64,000 bases of DNA from Candidatus Saccharimonadota bacterium (lineage in GTDB: Bacteria; Patescibacteriota; Saccharimonadia; Saccharimonadales; UBA4665): NCBI GenBank assembly GCA_016789655.1, contig JAEUQV010000099.1, positions 32,778 to 96,777 on the forward strand. The letters run 5' to 3'. The notes beneath the pieces are model-generated. The model was not told where the DNA came from, did no database searches, and saw only the letters and a program-made list of their open reading frames with translations. Position numbers and translations under genes: made by a program. This document shows, in pieces, positions 61,922 through 64,000 of the stretch; positions within the stretch are counted from its first letter, which is position 1; each line of letters opens with the position of its first letter.

Positions 61922-62605
61922 ATGGCTCACACACATAAACACGAACATAAGATTTGGCAAATGAGCCAAGAGCAGAAGAAGGCAATCGCTCAATCTACAC
62001 GAGAGCTCCGTACCGCCGAAGAAGAATTTGAAGCTGCATTCAAAGTTCTTAAGAAATACCCAAAGCGCGTTACTTTTTTTGGGTCGGCCCGGCTCAGCCC
62101 ACACTACAAATCTTACCAATGGGCGCACGATTTTGCAGCCGATTTATCCGATGATGGTTTTGCCATACTTTCAGGAGGCGGCGGCGGCATAATGGAGGCC
62201 AGTAACCGCGGTGCGTTCGATGAACAGCATGTGTCGATTGGCTTCAATATAACCCTACCGCACGAGCAACATCTCAACCCATACACAACCGACAGCTTGA
62301 CGTTTAATTTCTTTTTCACCCGCAAGGTAATGATGACCTTTTATTCGCATGGGTTCGTCTGCTTCCCCGGCGGGTTTGGTACGCTCGATGAATTTTTTGA
62401 GATCATTACGCTCATACAGACACACAAGATGCCGCGCGTGCCCGTCATACTCGTAGGCAAAAAGTTCTGGAAACCGCTCGATAAATTCATCCGCCGCCAT
62501 ATGCTTAAAACTGGGCTGATATCTCGTGGCGATCAACGCCTCTATGTCATAACCGACGACCTCCGCTACGCCCGCAAGCTTATAAACGAAGACTACGAAA
62601 AATAG
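61922..62605 (+). CDS. LOG-family (TIGR00730) nucleotide phosphoribohydrolase-like protein
   Basis: VTFFGSAR, SGGGGGIMEA and PGGFGTLDEFFE motifs. Confidence 0.85.
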   Translation: MAHTHKHEHKIWQMSQEQKKAIAQSTRELRTAEEEFEAAFKVLKKYPKRVTFFGSARLSPHYKSYQWAHDFAADLSDDGFAILSGGGGGIMEASNRGAFDEQHVSIGFNITLPHEQHLNPYTTDSLTFNFFFTRKVMMTFYSHGFVCFPGGFGTLDEFFEIITLIQTHKMPRVPVILVGKKFWKPLDKFIRRHMLKTGLISRGDQRLYVITDDLRYARKLINEDYEK

Positions 62606-62756
62606 CCGGATATTTTGCAAGAAACGGGTAACATTGAGTAGTAATTTGACAGCAGTCAGACAAACAGATGGCAGACATCCTCAGGCATACGTCTAACTGC
62701 TATCTGAAATCTGCTACATTTCTGCCATCTATAATCTTTTACGTCTGTAAAGATTG

Positions 62757-63998
62757 CTAGAGCGTCTCGTCAAAGTCGATCTCTGGGGCAAGCTGGCGGC
62801 CAAGGCTGGTGCTGAGCATGGTTTGTAGGTTGTCTTGGTGTAGGTAGCGGGCTAAGAGATTGCGGCCTAGCGTTTCACGCATGTGGTATAGTGTGCGCTC
62901 AGTATAGTCTAGGCTGTTGCACAAACCAAGTGCCACATCGAGGATGTTGAGCGAAACTGCGTCTTTACCGTCCAGCAACCCCAGCGAGTCAGTCTCCTGC
63001 CAAAATTCGAGTACCGGATGCAGCCGCTCAAGCGCAGCATCTACTTTATGCCAAGCTAAGTCATCTGGCTGCACGTGCGGCTCAAACACTTCTGGGTAGT
63101 AACTCACATGCCCGTGACCGTAGAACCAATGTAGCGCCTTCCATGAGAGTTTTTCGCCACCAAGCTCAACATCTGTGAATGGCTCGTGCGCAATGCTTGC
63201 ACTTACGACTTCACCATAGTCTGAACGTACTTGCTGTAGCTTGAGATAGGCACTGAGCGCTCGCATACTGTTTAATGCTTGTATTGACATGACGAATGTT
63301 ACTATAGCCAACCCAGGAAGATCACGCTGCATAGGCAATATGACAACCGTGCCCAACTCTGGAACTTCAATAATATTATTTTTGTGCGCTTCGGCGTGGC
63401 TATTGGCAAACTCGGGCCAGCGCTTCCCAGATGGCACTACACACAATGGCTTTCGATGTTCAAAATCTTTTGTTTGCAGCTTTTCGTACGCCTTTAAACG
63501 CGCCTCGTGCCATTCGCTTGATTCGGTTGCTTGGCAGGCTGCTAGTAGCTGTGCTACGGGCTCATGTTTGAGCATGCTATCCATACTACGGTAGCCAAGT
63601 CGTTTCATCGTAGCTTTGGGCTTTAGTTTCTTTATAATCTGCTTCATGACCGTTTGCTTTACAACAAATTGATCGCCCTCAAACTCTAAAGCTGTCAACT
63701 TCTTAGCTACTTGTTCTAGTATGTCGACAGGGTCTAAATCTGCCCGTAAATTCAGCGCTGAACGCACGAACACCTCATCTTGCTTCAGGCGCATCTGAAG
63801 TGCAGCATACAATTCTTTACCCGTAGTATCCGCTGGATCCAGGCCAAGCTCACGAATTTTTTGCCGAGTAGCTTGCGTAACTTGCGCCGCTAAGCGAATA
63901 TCTGCGCTCGGTCGCCCAGCAGCTTGCTCAAGCTGCCTGAGACGCATATGGAACGATGGCTCATTGGTGCCTAATAATTCGGCTAATACCCTCGACAT
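62757..63998 (-). CDS. Hypothetical protein (413 aa)
   Basis: Long ORF with an ATG 2 nt from the window edge. I recognise no motif, and its upstream region is outside the window. Confidence 0.45.
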   Translation of the reverse strand: MSRVLAELLGTNEPSFHMRLRQLEQAAGRPSADIRLAAQVTQATRQKIRELGLDPADTTGKELYAALQMRLKQDEVFVRSALNLRADLDPVDILEQVAKKLTALEFEGDQFVVKQTVMKQIIKKLKPKATMKRLGYRSMDSMLKHEPVAQLLAACQATESSEWHEARLKAYEKLQTKDFEHRKPLCVVPSGKRWPEFANSHAEAHKNNIIEVPELGTVVILPMQRDLPGLAIVTFVMSIQALNSMRALSAYLKLQQVRSDYGEVVSASIAHEPFTDVELGGEKLSWKALHWFYGHGHVSYYPEVFEPHVQPDDLAWHKVDAALERLHPVLEFWQETDSLGLLDGKDAVSLNILDVALGLCNSLDYTERTLYHMRETLGRNLLARYLHQDNLQTMLSTSLGRQLAPEIDFDETL

Positions 63999-64000
63999 GT

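Noticed and set aside
1-64000. Defence systems, toxin-antitoxin pairs, prophage, integrative elements, and secondary-metabolite or secretion-system clusters.
   Set aside because: I recognised no integrase, transposase, recombinase, reverse transcriptase, cas gene, restriction-modification gene, phage structural gene or toxin/antitoxin gene pair. The only HEPN-like hint (55897-56316) has no partner gene, so it is reported separately as a low-confidence inference.

Overview
This is a compact, roughly 90% coding bacterial chromosome segment, annotated by eye from the sequence and the ORF track with no computation or database search. Gene content and style suggest a reduced-genome, Gram-positive-type Patescibacteria/CPR organism, probably Saccharibacteria. 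That assignment is an inference from MurT/GatD, a class A PBP, type IV pilus parts, an rpoBC unit detached from rplJL, and many short or absent leaders. About 50 protein genes are mostly housekeeping: rpoB-rpoC, clpP, tig, hisS, recG, murT-gatD, tyrS, PBP1A, radA, clpC, nusA, an M1 aminopeptidase, rnhB, rplS, a PilB/GspE ATPase, dnaE, galU, gatC-gatA-gatB and uvrB. There is one tRNA-Leu(UAG). I found no rRNA, CRISPR array, transposase, integrase, prophage or recognisable defence island. The unusual signals are mostly non-coding. (1) A family of imperfect heptanucleotide tandem arrays (WGAGWYA and GGTAGGT flavours) occurs at 10 or more loci. Four arrays are fused to the -10 boxes of hisS, tyrS, gatB and rpoB. 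One forms an in-frame 77-nt block inside the aminopeptidase gene, and two encode the N-terminus of GatD. (2) Near-perfect CIRCE (HrcA) operators overlap the promoters of clpP and clpC. (3) Two diverged copies of a 150-175 nt element with terminal inverted repeats and a GGGGCGGGCT core lie in intergenic DNA. (4) A promoter-driven, hairpin-rich candidate ncRNA of about 270 nt lies next to a cohesin-like surface protein. (5) An orphan HisG-like gene sits beside hisS behind a 30-codon upstream ORF and a terminator/antiterminator-like repeat. (6) A small membrane-anchored protein with an Rx4H (HEPN-like) motif is inserted in the gatCAB cluster. (7) Spacing consistent with leaderless transcription (-10 box, 6-8 nt, ATG) recurs across the window. 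All functional readings of these elements are hypotheses.
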